DNA of 64,000 nucleotides from Octopus vulgaris. Lineage: Eukaryota. A program made the position numbers and the translations under genes. Within the stretch, counting starts at the first letter, position 1, and the number at the start of each line of letters is the position of its first letter. Location of the stretch: assembly GCA_951406725.2 (NCBI GenBank), contig OX597818.1, positions 134,726,001 to 134,790,000 of the forward strand. Direction: 5' to 3'. Below, piece after piece: positions 1 through 12,994 of this stretch. Under the pieces are notes generated by a model. It was not told where the DNA came from. It ran no database searches and saw only the letters and a program-made list of their open reading frames with translations.

Positions 1-82
1 TAATAATAATAATAATAATAATAATAATGATGATGATGATGATAATGAAATTATTGTATACAGTGCTCAGGTGCACCACAAC
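1..82 (-). mobile_element. 3' stub of CR1-type LINE with (ATT)n tail
   Basis: aataatgaaattattgtatacagtgctcaggtgcaccacaac is identical to the 3' end of the CR1 fragment at 48215-48795. Confidence 0.7.
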
Positions 83-103
83 AAAAATTTAATTTTTAAC
101 GAT

Positions 104-185
104 CGCTGCGAACAGCATTCGAACCTGCGCAGGAAAATCCCATCGGATTTCGAATCCAACACCTTAACCACTCTGCCATCATAGC
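104..185 (-). pseudogene. tRNA-Ser(CGA)-like gene, probably a pseudogene
   Basis: The reverse complement is GCTATGATGGCAGAGTGGTTAAGGTGTTGGATTCGAAATCCGATGGGATTTTCCTGCGCAGGTTCGAATGCTGTTCGCAGCG (82 nt). It has A/B boxes, a CGA anticodon, a long variable arm and a T5 run about 15 nt downstream. There are mismatches in the acceptor (A-C), D (A-G) and T (G-G) stems. Confidence 0.8.
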
Positions 186-522
186 TCTAGTGCTCGGCCA
201 TCACAGCTCTTACAACAGGAATCTCAAATCTTACGGTTGAGATTTAATTATACTGTAGGGAAAGAGTATCAAGTGTACGTTAGACGTACTTAAATGGGTG
301 TTAGCTGTAATTACTCTGTTCATTTCAAAAAGTATCCTAACCACCCAAACCAAAAGATACCACCCAACAGCTTGCCAGAACATCATTTATGATATGCACT
401 GATTGCCCCGACCTGTTTCCCGTATGCCACCAACATTATCAGATCTGATTAGGGAGAGGGAAGGGAATGTGAGGCTGTTCGGAGCAGTCGCTGATCACAA
501 AATGAAACAGGTATGAATAGTA

Positions 523-694
523 AGGCGTAAGAGTGGCTGTGTGGTAAGTAGCTTGCTTACGAACCACATGGTTCCGGGTTCAGTCCCACTGCGTGGCACA
601 TTGCGCAAGTGTCTTCTACTATAGCCTCGGGCTGACCAAAGCTTTGTGAGTGGATTTGGTAGACGGAAACTGAAAGAAGCCTGTCGTATGTATG

Positions 695-744
<50 letters not shown>

Positions 745-976
745 CGTCCCCCCTCCCAACATCGCTTGACAACAAATGGTGGTGTGTTTACGTCCCCGTA
801 ACTTAGCGGTTCGGCAAAAGAGACCGATAGAATAAGTGCTACTAGGCTTACAAAGAATAAGTCCTGGGGTCGATTTGCTCGACTAAGGGTGACGCTCCAG
901 CATGGACGCAGTCAAATGACTGAAACAAGTAAAAAAAAGTAATGACGGAAACTGAAAGAAGCCTGTCGTATATATT

Positions 977-1017
<41 letters not shown>

Positions 1018-1245
1018 ATGTGTTTGTGTGCCTGTGTTTGTCCCCCTAGCATCGCTTGACAACTGATGCTGGTGTGTTTACTTCACCGTCACTTAGCGGT
1101 TCGGCAAAAGGTACCGATAGAATAAGTACTACTAGGCTTACAAAGAATAAGTCCTGGAAATGATTTGTTCGACTAAAGGTGACGCTCCAGCATGGCCACA
1201 GTCAAATGACTGAAACAAGTAAAAAAAAAATAATAAAAAAAAAGT
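523..1245 (+). mobile_element. tRNA-derived SINE family A plus tandem partial copy (944-1245)
   Basis: Head ggctgtgtggtaagtagcttgc...ggttccgggttcagtccc (A/B-box-like), internal (TA)n(TG)n, tail gactgaaacaagtaaaa. More than 15 copies in the window. Confidence 0.85.
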
Positions 1246-1456
1246 AATGAATCCCAGGAAGTCAGATGTAGTTGTAGCTGAACTACCAAGAAGTCTTTTG
1301 TAAGTATGCGGCATATGTGTATTATGTTGCAGTTGAGCAAAGTCCTAGAACCACCTCGGCGGGGGCTGTTATTCAACACCGAACCAACACTTGTTGATAC
1401 CACTTTTCACGGATGTTGAAACCACTTTTCACGGGTGTCGATAAACAATTGAAATG

Positions 1457-1505
1457 TTGCTGTCGTCGACGTCGACGTCGTCGCCGCCGTCGCCACGGCC
1501 ATTGC

Positions 1506-1541
<36 letters not shown>

Positions 1542-1557
1542 TCCTGTTGTTGTTTGT
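1457..1557. repeat. Compound trinucleotide repeat (CGT/CGC/TGC/TGT)n
   Basis: Directly visible. Confidence 0.85.
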
Positions 1558-1604
1558 TAGAAATCAGCCATTTCTGTAAGGAGAATAATTTTTTTTAAAA
1601 AGAG

Positions 1605-2333
1605 ACATATACACACACATATATTTATATATGTACAAACACATATACACATATAGACACACACGTGCAGGTATACGTACGCACATGTATGCACAAACAC
1701 ATACATACACACACATACATACATACATATATACATGCAAACATGCATACATACATGCATACATACATATATGCATACATACATACATACATACATACAT
1801 ACAAACATACATACTTACATACATACATACATATTTACATACATACATACATACATGCATACATACATACATGCAAACATGCATACATACATACATACAT
1901 ACATACATACATACATACATACATACATACATACATACATGCATACATACATACATAAATACATACATACATACATACATACATACTTACATACATACAT
2001 ACATACTTACATACATACATACATGCATACATACATACATGCAAACATGCATACATACATACATACATACATACCATACATACATACATACATACATACA
2101 TGCATACATGCATACATACATACATACATACATACATACATGCAAACATACATACATACATGCATACATACATACATACATACATACATGCAAACATACA
2201 TACATACATACATACAAACATACATACATACATACATGCAAACATACATACATACATACATACAAACATACATACATACATACATGCATACATACATACA
2301 TACATACATGCAAACATACATACATACATTACA

Positions 2334-2364
<31 letters not shown>

Positions 2365-3064
2365 CATACATACATGCATACCATACATACATACATACAT
2401 ACATACATACATACATGCATGCATACATACATACATACATACATACATACATGCAAACATACATACATACATTACATTACATACATACATACATACATGC
2501 AAACATGCATACATACATACATACATACCATACATACATACATACATACATACATACATGCATACCATACATACATACATACATACATACATACATACAT
2601 ACATACATACATACATACATACATGCATACATACATACATACATGCACGCATACATACATACACGCAAACATGCATACATACTTACATACATTCATACAT
2701 ACATACATGCAATCATGCATACATACATACATACATACATACATACATGCAAACATACATACATACATACATGCATACCATACATACATACATACATGCA
2801 TACATACATACATACATGCATACATACATACATACATGCACGCATACATACATACATGCAATCATGCATACATACATACATACATACATACATACATACA
2901 TACATACATACACGCAAACATACATACATACATACATACATGCATACATACACGCATACATCATCATCATTGTTCGACCATGGAATTTACCATGCTACGC
3001 CAGACTTCACGGTCCATCATGGCATTACGGATGTCCTGTTGCTGGATGCCTGTATCCCTGGAGA

Positions 3065-3095
<31 letters not shown>

Positions 3096-3377
3096 CATAC
3101 ATACATACATGCATACATACATACATACATGCATACATACATACATACATGCACGCATACATACATACATGCAATCATGCATACATACATACATACATAC
3201 ATACATACATACATACATACATACACGCAAACATACATACATACATACATACATGCATACATACACGCATACATCATCATCATTGTTCGACCATGGAATT
3301 TACCATGCTACGCCAGACTTCACGGTCCATCATGGCATTACGGATGTCCTGTTGCTGGATGCCTGTATCCCTGGAGA

Positions 3378-3408
<31 letters not shown>

Positions 3409-3475
3409 CATACATACATACATACATACATACATACATACATACATACATACATGCAAACATGCATACATACAT
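1605..3475. repeat. ~1.9 kb (CATA)n microsatellite with two embedded RTE 3' stubs (2959-3070, 3272-3383, minus strand)
   Basis: Tetranucleotide array that produces the HTYI/MYVC ORFs. The embedded stubs encode VISRDTGIQQQDIRNAMMDREVWRSMVNSMVEQ, as in the RTE at 15092-15502. Confidence 0.95.
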
Positions 3476-3870
3476 GATGGCTGCCCCCCTCGTTATCGAG
3501 TATGGCCATTGCGTTATTGGTGCTGTGATCGAATGTGAATTTTATTTGCTTTTTAAGGCTACAGCCAGGCATTCAGTTGAGACTCACAGCACCATAAACA
3601 ATCATGATCAATGTTGTTATCGTGCAATGCCTGTGCAGGAAGATTTTTTTTAAAGTGAGGAAAGGCTGTGCACTGAGTCAATCCCACTCGCTAAGCTTAG
3701 AAATCATTGCGCGGGCGATCCTAAAGTGAGAATAAATATATCAAGAATAATGCTAAATTATTTAGGTTACCAAACTTTCATGAATAAAAGCTACTTGTGT
3801 TTTTAAATTTCAGACAACAAAACTTATAGTGTGCGACCAGTTGAAGCACTTGATGCTGCATTGCTGGGGT

Positions 3871-3906
<36 letters not shown>

Positions 3907-3930
3907 CCCCACTCCTTCACATCAAAGACC

Positions 3931-4164
3931 TACTTCTTTATTACCCACAAGGGGCTAAACATAGAGGGGACAAACAAGGACAGACAACGGTATTAAAGTC
4001 AATTACATCGACCCCAGTGCGTAACTGGTACTTAATTTATCGACCCCGAAAGGATGAAAGGCAAAGTCGACCTCGGCGGAATTTGAACTCAGAACGTAGC
4101 GGAGACGAAATACCGCAAAGCATTTCGCTCGGCTTTCTAACGTTTCTGCCAGCTCGCCGCCTTT
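3931..4164 (-). mobile_element. SINE family C
   Basis: Reverse complement of aaggcggcgagctggcagaaacgttag...gttcaaattccgccgaggtcgactttgcc. Flanked by the aaagacc direct repeat (TSD). Confidence 0.8.
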
Positions 4165-6314
4165 AAAGACCGGTGATTGTCGAGCGCTGACGACGGGTAA
4201 ATACTCAGAAACCCAGGTCCGTGCGTATCACGTCAGGTCGACGATGGGAAGGGTGGCTTCCTTTTGCAAATACTGATAGGGTACAGAAAGTGTGTCAATA
4301 GGCAGCTGGAGAAGATATTCTCCTGGGGCTATAAGCTACAGTAGTACCCATCCTTAGTGGTTAGCCACATTGAAGTGGCAAATATACTCCAGATGTCAAT
4401 ACAGTTTTAACAGGAAGATTGGGAAGAATTGGAAGAAAGTTCTCCTGTAATTTCTTTTCGTGTAAACAAATGTTAATGTTAGTTTAAGAATTTGCCAGCA
4501 AAATCTTATAAAATGAAATGAAAATGAAAATATTCTAAGAGGTAAACATTTAGATAGAAATGAAATTCATTAAATACAAAAAGAAAAAGAAACAAAATAA
4601 TATACACCAAAAGAAAAAAAAGACAACGAACGACATCTTCTAAAGTAGTTGGTTTCATCGACTGGAGGCCTGTCGCCTTCCATTAGTAATGTCTTCAGAG
4701 TCAGAGAGAAAAAAAACGTCTTTTCCAGCATTTTAACTCAACATCTGTTGACTTATATCAAACATATGTTCTAACTGCAAACTACGTGACTGAAATAACG
4801 AAGGTCAGCTTAAACCGGAAACTGTACTAAATAGCTAAAAACAATTTTTTTTTTTAAATCACCAAGGACTTGGGGTATAAATTAACAAACGTTACTGCTA
4901 GGAATGTAACACAAATACAAGTCAAACGCATCTAAAAAAAAAAGTCTTTGGCGAAACCATAGTGCTGTGCTAATAGTAAATAAACCATTTAATCCTTCCA
5001 CCCCAACACTTGTACACATTGGAATAAGAATGAAAGCTGTGTGTATATTGCTGATTAAGTTGTTTTAGCTTCTAGTCATGCGATACAGACTTTTGGTGAT
5101 TCAATTACTAAAATATTTGAATTACATGATATTATACGGTAGCAATGACTTTCTGTATAATGAACTACGTTTAATTGTTTGTATGCTAACGTGTAATGTT
5201 TGCACCTTTTCATTCTAACTATACTTGTTCACACGACGGCATGGATTTATTAAAACCACTATTTTAACAACCCAACTCGAAATTTCACTCAGTTTCATTT
5301 TACTGTTGTACTTTTACATTAAAATCCTGTCCTGCTAACAATGTTTCATTTCATTGCTATAATGTACTATAGACCATAATCCTTAAATGTATAGTTTACA
5401 TTCGTCGTAATACAGTATTGGCAAATAAATCTACTGATAAGATTCTATCGTATATTATAGCATACGTTTGTTTAAACACATTACTCTTTAATATGCGTTA
5501 ACTGGAGGTCTTGTATTAATAAAATGACGACGACCAAATAAACGTTGGCATGGCTGCGTGGTTAAGAAGTTCGCTCTGCAATTTCATGATTTTGGGCTCG
5601 ATCACATGATGTGGAAACTTGAACAAGAAGTTTCAAACAGACCAAAGGCTTATGAGGAAAATTTGGGAGAAGGAATATATGCAGAAACCCATCGGAGGGG
5701 CAGTTCTTGTTGGATAGGTCACTTAATTCATCATCCGGTGTAACAAATTGTACTTGTTGTACCATGTTGTACCTAGGCATCTCTAGCTGAAGGGTCTCCA
5801 CTTAAGAGCACCTTGTACTTTCGAACGCTTAGCAGAATCCATTCTATTGCCAGCATTTAGGCCAGCTCTCTAATGTGAGATCAACTTTCTCCTACCACGC
5901 AGAAGGGCTCTAAAAAGATCGTAGGTTCCGGCCTTCATCTTCTGACTAATCCATCACAAAAACAGTGTTTTCTATTAAATAAAGGGTGGGTTAACTCACA
6001 TTTTGCTATTTTCTATTCTCCTACGTTCTACTTATTGGTGTTAGCGGTAGAGACGGTGCACGTCTGGGTCCCAAAGCATTCAATGAGAAAACACTATGCA
6101 AGGAAGTGGTGTGCAGATATACATGACAAACTATCCACTGAAAACCTTGCAGTCGGAAGATGTTTCCTTATTACTCATTAGTAAAACAAAATAATAATAA
6201 TAAATAAAAAAATAAATAAATTGGAACCACAATATTTTTAGGCCCTCTCAGATATGTGTGAACAATACGGTTCACGTTCAGTTTGAACTTGTGTAAATCT
6301 ACGTCTATAGGGGA

Positions 6315-6948
6315 AAAGCATTTCGCCCGGCTTTCTAACGTTTCTGCCAGCTCGCCGCCTTTAAAGACCGGTGATTGTCGTGCGCTGACGACGGGTAAAT
6401 ACTCAGAAACCCGGGTCCGTGCGTATCACGTCAGGTCGACGATGGGAAGGGTGGCTTCCTTTTGCAAATACTGATAGGGTACAGAAAGTGTGTCAATAGG
6501 CAGCTGGAGAAGATATTCTCCTGGGGCTACAAGCTACAGTAGCATCCAACCTGCAACGCGCGTATTTGTGTGTGTGTGTGTGCCTATATGTTTATGGATG
6601 TGTTTATGCGTGCACCTGTGTGTGTGCGTATGTGTATGTATATGGATGTCTATGCGTGTATGTTTACGCGCGTGTGTGTGGATTTCCCGCCGTGCCGAAG
6701 TTTCTTCTGCAATACCACTTTCAGATATCGTAAACACAAAATCTCAGACATAACGGCAGTGACACATCAAAATTTCCGTCTGTTGCCATCGATGAGGTTT
6801 TTCCCAACAGGTCGGCAGCTGCTTTGCGACTATAGATAGAACAAAAGAACAGTACTTTCTAAGAGATGCTTTTCTGGATATTTTTGTATTGTAATTATAC
6901 TCATCTATGAAGGCGTATGACTTTAGAGGTTAAGGGCATTCGGCATAC
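6315..6948 (+). repeat. Mosaic local duplication (copy of 4117-4344 joined to a copy of 8669-9448)
   Basis: Near-identical blocks visible directly. Confidence 0.85.
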
Positions 6949-7222
6949 AAAAGAATAAGTCCCGGGGTCGATTTGCTCGACTAAAGGTGGTGCTCCAGCA
7001 TGGCCGCAGTCAAATGACTGAAACAAGTAAAAGAGTAAAAGAGTAGACTTAAAAAATAAAATGTGAAATATTGTAAACACGTGGTGTGTTGTAATGTTGT
7101 AAATAGAGTCGACCTTCAAGGGAAAATATTCACCAACGTTCATTCATGTAAATTATTTGGTAAGCTAGTCTATTGTAACGTCTATCTATTATTAGCACAG
7201 TTGAAGGCACTGTATAGGTGTG

Positions 7223-7288
<66 letters not shown>

Positions 7289-7764
7289 TGTATAGGTATG
7301 TATGTGTGTGTGTGTGTTCGTGTATTAGATGATACATAAGTAAACCGGAAATGTTGAAATATTTCTTATCCCTCGCTCTCTTGTTCTATCTCTTTCTCAC
7401 ACACTTTACCTTCCTCTCCCTGCTCACTTTTTTTCTCTTTCACATGTCTGCCGCTATTATCATACAACTCATGTCTTACACACTTTATTGCCTCTCTCTA
7501 ACCCACGCACTTTGAGAAACATACTCACGTGTACGCGAGGACACACAAGACAGATACCCATACACACACACACACACATACACAACACTGTCCCAGCCAG
7601 TTTAACTCATTTCCTAGTATTTACCCACTGGAATTTCCTGGAATCTGTTTCATACTGTGGTGGTGGTGGTGGTGGTGGCTTAGCAGATGGGGGTAAAAGT
7701 GGCGACGGGGTTATATACTGGCGGCAGTGATGGTGACAATGGTGGTTGTAGTGGTGGTGGTATA

Positions 7765-8523
7765 CTGGTGCTGGCAGAAACGTTAGCACGCCGGACGAAA
7801 TGCTGAGCGGTATTTCGTCTGCCGCTACGTTCTGAGTTCAAATTCCGCCGAGGTCAACTTTGCCTTTCATCCTTTCGAGGTCGATAAATTAACTACCAGT
7901 TACGCACTGGTGTCGATGTAATCGACTTAATACCTATGTCTGTCCTTGTTTGTCCCCTCTGTGTTTAGCCCCTTGTAGGTAGTAAAGAAATAGGTATTTC
8001 GTCTGCCGTTACGTTGTGTGTTCAAATTCCGCCGAGATCGACTTTGCCTTTCATCCTTTCGGGGTCGATAAATTAAGTACCAGTTACGCACTGGGGTCGA
8101 TGTAATCGACTTAATACCTATGTCTGTTCTTGTTTGTCCCCTTGTGGGTAATAAAGAAATAGGTATTTCGTCTGCCGTTACGTTGTGAGTTCAAATTCCG
8201 TCGAGGTCGACTTTGCCTTTCATCCTTTCGGGGTCGATAAATTAAGTACCAGTTACGCACTGGGGTCGATGTAATCGACTTAATACCTATGTCTGTCCCC
8301 TCTGTGTTTAGCCCCTTGTAGGTAGTAAAGAAATAGGTATTTCGTCTGCCGTTACGTTGTGAGTTCAAATTCCGCCGAGGTCGACTTTGCTTTTCATCCT
8401 TTCGGGGTCGATTAAATAAGTACCAGTTACGCACTGGGGTCGATATAATCGACTTAATCCGTTTGTCTGTCCTTGTTTGTCCCCTCTGTGTTTAACCCCT
8501 TGTGGGTAGTAAAGAAATAGGTA
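7765..8523 (+). mobile_element. SINE family C tandem array (about 4 units of 165-185 bp)
   Basis: Repeated ggtatttcgtctgccgttacgttgtgagttcaaattccgccgaggtcgactttg...agtaaagaaata. Confidence 0.85.
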
Positions 8524-8668
8524 TACTGGTGCTGCTGGTGACGATAGTGGTGGTGGCGATGATGGTGTGTCTGTCGAAAGTGGTGGTGGAGCAACTGGTG
8601 CTGGTAATTGTGGTTTTCCGTGAAAAATACCATGCTATGATTCACAGTAAAGTGTGCTGTGAAGCACA

Positions 8669-9240
8669 AACCTGCAACGCGCGTATGTGCGTGTGTGCAT
8701 ATATGTTTATGGAGGTGTTTATGCGTGCGCCTGTGTGTGTGCGTATGTGTATGTATATGGATGTGTATGAGTGTATGTTTACGCGCGTGTGTGTGGATTT
8801 TCCCGCCGTGCCGAAGTTTCTTCTGCAATATCACTTTAAGATATCGTAAACACAATGTGTGTGTGTATGTGTACGTATATGGATGTGAGTGCGTATGTGT
8901 ATGTATATGGATGTGTGTGCGTATGTGTATGTATATGGATGTGTGTGAGTATGTTTACGCGCGTGTGTGTGGATTTTCCCCCCCGTGCCGAAGTTTCTTC
9001 TGCAATACAAATTTAAGATATCGTAAACACAATGTGTGTGTGTATGTGTATGTATATGGATGTGTGTGCGTATGTGTATGTATATGGATGTGTGTGTGTA
9101 TGTGTATGTATATGAATGTGTGTGCGTATGTGTATGTATATGGATGTGTGTGAGTGTATGTTTACGCGCGTGTGTGTGGATTTTCCCCTTCGTGCCGAAG
9201 TTTCTTCTGCAATACCACTTTAAAATATCGTAAACACAAA
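8669..9240. repeat. Three ~180-210 bp tandem units with GT-rich microsatellite
   Basis: Repeated gtttacgcgcgtgtgtgtggatttt...gtgccgaagtttcttctgcaata...atatcgtaaacacaa. Confidence 0.8.
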
Positions 9241-9407
9241 ATCTCAGACATAACGGCAGTGACACATCAAAATTTCCTTCTGTTGCCATCGATGAGGTTT
9301 TTCCCAACAGGTCGGCAGCTGCTTTGCGACTATAGATAGAACAAAAGAACAGTACTTTCTAAGAGATGCTTTTCTGGATATTTTTGTATTGTAATTATAC
9401 TCATCTA

Positions 9408-9712
9408 TGAAGGCGTATGACTTTAGAGGTTAAGGGCATTCGGCATACGATCATAAAGGTCGCGAGTTCAATTCCCGTTGGCTCATTCTCTCCTTGAGCA
9501 AGACACTTTATTTTATGTTACTCCAGTCCACCCAGCTGGCAAAAATGAGTAGTCCTATATTTCAAAGGGCCAGTCTTGTCACACTAAATCTCCCTAAGAA
9601 CTACGTTAAGAGTACACGTGTCTGTGGAGGGTTCAATCATTTGCACGTTAATTTAATGAGTAGGCTTTTCTGTTGATCAAGTCAACTGGAAAACTTCTGA
9701 TGGAGGACCAGT
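9408..9712 (+). mobile_element. Older tRNA-SINE with CORE-like segment
   Basis: tRNA-like head (gagttcaattccc), ccttgagcaagacacttta core, 3' part shared with family B. Confidence 0.6.
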
Positions 9713-9783
9713 ATTTTTTTTTTTTTTTATGCTAATCTACTCAAATTGAACTGTTGGGTTTTGCATTTCTACCCTCTCTAGCA

Positions 9784-9928
9784 CAGTTGTGGGCAAACTG
9801 TGGCCCGCGGGACTTCATAAATAGCATGACTAACGAAAAATTACCTTGTATTTTTATTATAGTGCAGCCTGTCTGAGGAAGGGCCTTGTCTCATGCGACC
9901 TGCTTCTCGAAAAAGGTTGCCCATGCTT
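9784..9928. mobile_element. hAT-type MITE
   Basis: Imperfect TIRs cagttgtgggcaa / ttgcccatgct with ggcccgcggg subterminal motif. Confidence 0.5.
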
Positions 9929-10470
9929 GTCCTAAAATGTCTCCTCTTGTCTGCACATAGCATACTGTGCACTAGCTCATTAAGGGTGGCGATAGTGGGG
10001 TAGGTCATGCACGAACTTGCGGACACGCTGGAGCACCGCCTTTAGTCGAGCGAATCGACCCCAGGACTTATTCTTCGTAAGCTTAGTACTTATTCTATCG
10101 GTCTGTTCTACCGAACCGTTAATGAAAGAAAAGAAAGAATAAATAGTTTGAGATTTGGTTCTGTAGAAAAAAAGTTACATCAAAATATCTGCGACCTCGA
10201 GGTGGGGGCAGTAAGGCAGATATTCATTTTCAATTAACATAAATTTTAAAATTTTAAGTTAAAAGTATAGCTTTCTTAGGCTTAAATGATAGAAAAATGT
10301 ATCAGGAATTCAGTGAAAAGATCCTTCAGAATCGCTAGTCGCATTGAGCAAAAATTAGTAGAAAAAGACTTATGAGGTAAAATATTACGAAATTTCATGT
10401 CAGTAAGTAAGGAAGTAACGCTTATGCAATAACAATAAAGAATATATCCCTAAAGTGAATCTTCACTGCC

Positions 10471-11060
10471 TAAGGTGGCGAGCGGTATTTCGTCTGCCGT
10501 TACGTTCTGAGTTCAAATTCCGTGGGAGTCGACTTTGCCTTTCCTCCTTTCGGGGTCGATAAATTAAGTACCAGTTACGCACTGGGTTCGATGTAATCGA
10601 CTTAATCCGTTTGTCTGTCCTTGTTTGTCCTCTCTGTGCTTAGCCCCTTGTGGGTAGTAAAGAAATAGGTATTTCGTCTGTCTTTTCGCTTTTGAGTTCA
10701 AATTTCGCCAAGTTCGACTTTGACGTACAGATTATTCAATTTTTTTTTTTTTTTTAACTAAACACTTTCAAACTTCCAATACTGGTAGAATATGTCACAT
10801 AGAACAGGGTTAACGTTTTCGACAAAATTTGGTATTTTAGAAGCGGGATTTCGTCTGTCTTTACGTTCGGAGTTCAAATTTCGCCGAGTTCGACTTTGCC
10901 TTTCATCCATTTCGGATCTATTCAATTAGACGTACAGATTATTTAATTAATTCTTTTAAAAACTAAACACTTTCAAACTTCCGATACTTATAGAATGTTT
11001 CACATAGAACAGGGTTTATTCTTAACGTTTTTAACAAAATTTGGTATTTTAGAAGTTATT
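10471..11060 (+). mobile_element. SINE family C plus a ~210 bp local tandem duplication (10720-10840 / 10925-11055)
   Basis: Family C sequence. gacgtacagattatt...aactaaacactttcaaacttcc occurs twice. Confidence 0.7.
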
Positions 11061-11489
11061 TCTTCAGAATTTACAGAGTGACAATGGACAAATTTGTGTT
11101 TGATAAGTGCCAATACACGAAACTCTCAGCTTTTGACTTAACTCTCTAACTTCTGCCGATGATATATTTACATATTACATATATGTGTAAAAAAATCTCA
11201 TCACGCAATCAAACCAATAAAAGAGCCTCTACCTGGTCGCTCGACACGCTAAAAATAGCAGCCAAAGTATCTCCCTACCTAAATCACGCCCATTGTATGT
11301 AATGTCCTAGGTTATCCCTAAAAAGACGGTTTGCTGAAGACTCGAATGTCTTTGATAATACGTTTGCAGTATCAGGGTTTATCTGAGGCTAAATAACAAC
11401 ATTATGGTCAATTTCTATATTAACACCCGCAAGATTTTCACTATTTTTTAGCGTGGAATCAAGTACCCTGACCTCCTAATATGTTGTAA

Positions 11490-12766
11490 CATTGCTTCTC
11501 TGCAAGGTAAGGCAACAAAAAAGAATTACAATTACTATACCATTGTCTGGCATTGCTTCCACCATTCTCCCAGGAGGACGAACAGCTCATTCTGCTTTTA
11601 AATTACTGAAAAACCTGGTCACAAATGAAAGTCTAATTTGTAACATAAGCAGAGATTCAGGTTCAGCAGAAGTGTTGTGCCAATGCCACCTTATCATTTG
11701 GGATGAATGCCCCATGTCACATAGAGGTGCAACAGAAGCTCTTGGTAAGACCTTACAGGACATCAGAGGCAGCAATAAATCTATCGGAGGAATTACACTA
11801 GTTTCATCAGGAGAATTCAGACAGACATTACCAGTCATTCTAAGACAATGAAATAAAAGCATGCATTAAGTCTTCACACCTATGGAATAAAAATAAAGTA
11901 CTGAAATTCTCATTCAATACTAATATGCGAGCTTTATTACATGGGGACCAATGTGCAAAACAGCTTCCAACCTGGCTCCTCCAATTGGGAAATGGCAAAG
12001 TACCATTTGATGGCATCAGTTTGGCTCATATTGCTATCATAGTGAATTGAAGAACGGTATTTCCAAACTTAAGTAATAATTATAATTCACATAAATGGTT
12101 GTGTGAAAGGATAATTCTTGCTCCAAAAAACGAGACAGTAGCAAGGATTAACCATGAATTAATGAATAAGATTCCAACAGTCATTAAGAAGTACAAATCA
12201 GTTGATTCAGTCCTTGGAGAAAATCAAGCTGTCCATTACCCAACAGAGTTCCTTAATTCTCTTGAGCCACCTGGAACTCCTCCATATAAACTTTTTCTGA
12301 AGGTAAGAGTGCCAATAATGCTTCTAAGAAATTTAGATTCTCCTAAATTATGCAATGGGACAAAGTTGATGGTGAAGACATTATCACCTAATGTGACAGA
12401 AGGTACCATCATCATTGGATGTGCCTCTGGGGAAGAGGCTTTCATTCCAAGAATTCCAATCAAACCAACAGATATGCCATTTGAGTTCAAATGAACACAA
12501 TTCACAGTGTGACTTTGCAAAGCAAAGTCTATTACTAAAGCTCAAGGTCAGTCTTTGAAATCTACTGGATTGCACTTAATTAGGCCTTACTTTTCTCATG
12601 GTCACCTTTATGTTTGGGTAGGTAGTTTGCAAGATTTATTGGCCTATGCTCCACACCAGAAAACAAAGAATGTTGTTTACCCAGAAGCTCTTACATAACT
12701 TCCTTCAACATATGTGGTAGAATTTATCTCCTTTCATAAAAGTGGTAAATTTTGTATTTTCGTTTA

Positions 12767-12833
<67 letters not shown>

Positions 12834-12994
12834 TTTTATGAATTCAGAATTGATTTCCCAATTAAAGATCAGATTGTAACCCAATTGAAGAATAAATTGA
12901 AGAATAAAAATTTCTATACAACATATTTTGCTTTTTTTCTTCCAATATATAAGGAAAAATTTCATTCCCGGGCAAGGCCGGGTGCCTCTGCTAG
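11490..12994 (+). mobile_element. 5'-truncated Helitron relic with intact 3' terminus
   Basis: Helicase followed by the hairpin cccgggcaaggccggg (12967-12982) and CTAG|T at 12991-12995. Confidence 0.88.
11492..12698 (+). pseudogene. Helitron PIF1-family helicase, degraded
   Basis: Motifs SGIASTILPGGRTAHSAFKL, LIIWDECPM, GEFRQTLPV, ILAPKNE, PIMLLRNL...LCNGTKL, FIPRI, KAQGQSL, FSHGHLYV, KNVVYPEAL*. Broken by stops and frameshifts. Confidence 0.92.

Noticed and set aside
1247-1305. ATG...gtaagt mini-exon (MNPRKSDVVVAELPRSL)
   Set aside because: There is no recognisable homology and no partner exons, and it sits at a SINE boundary.
1631-3653. 500-635 aa ORFs rich in HTYI
   Set aside because: They are translations of a stop-free (CATA)n microsatellite, open in all frames.
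4780-4830. ETS-like ccggaa and acgtga motifs as a promoter
   Set aside because: Such short motifs are expected by chance, and no adjacent first exon could be identified.
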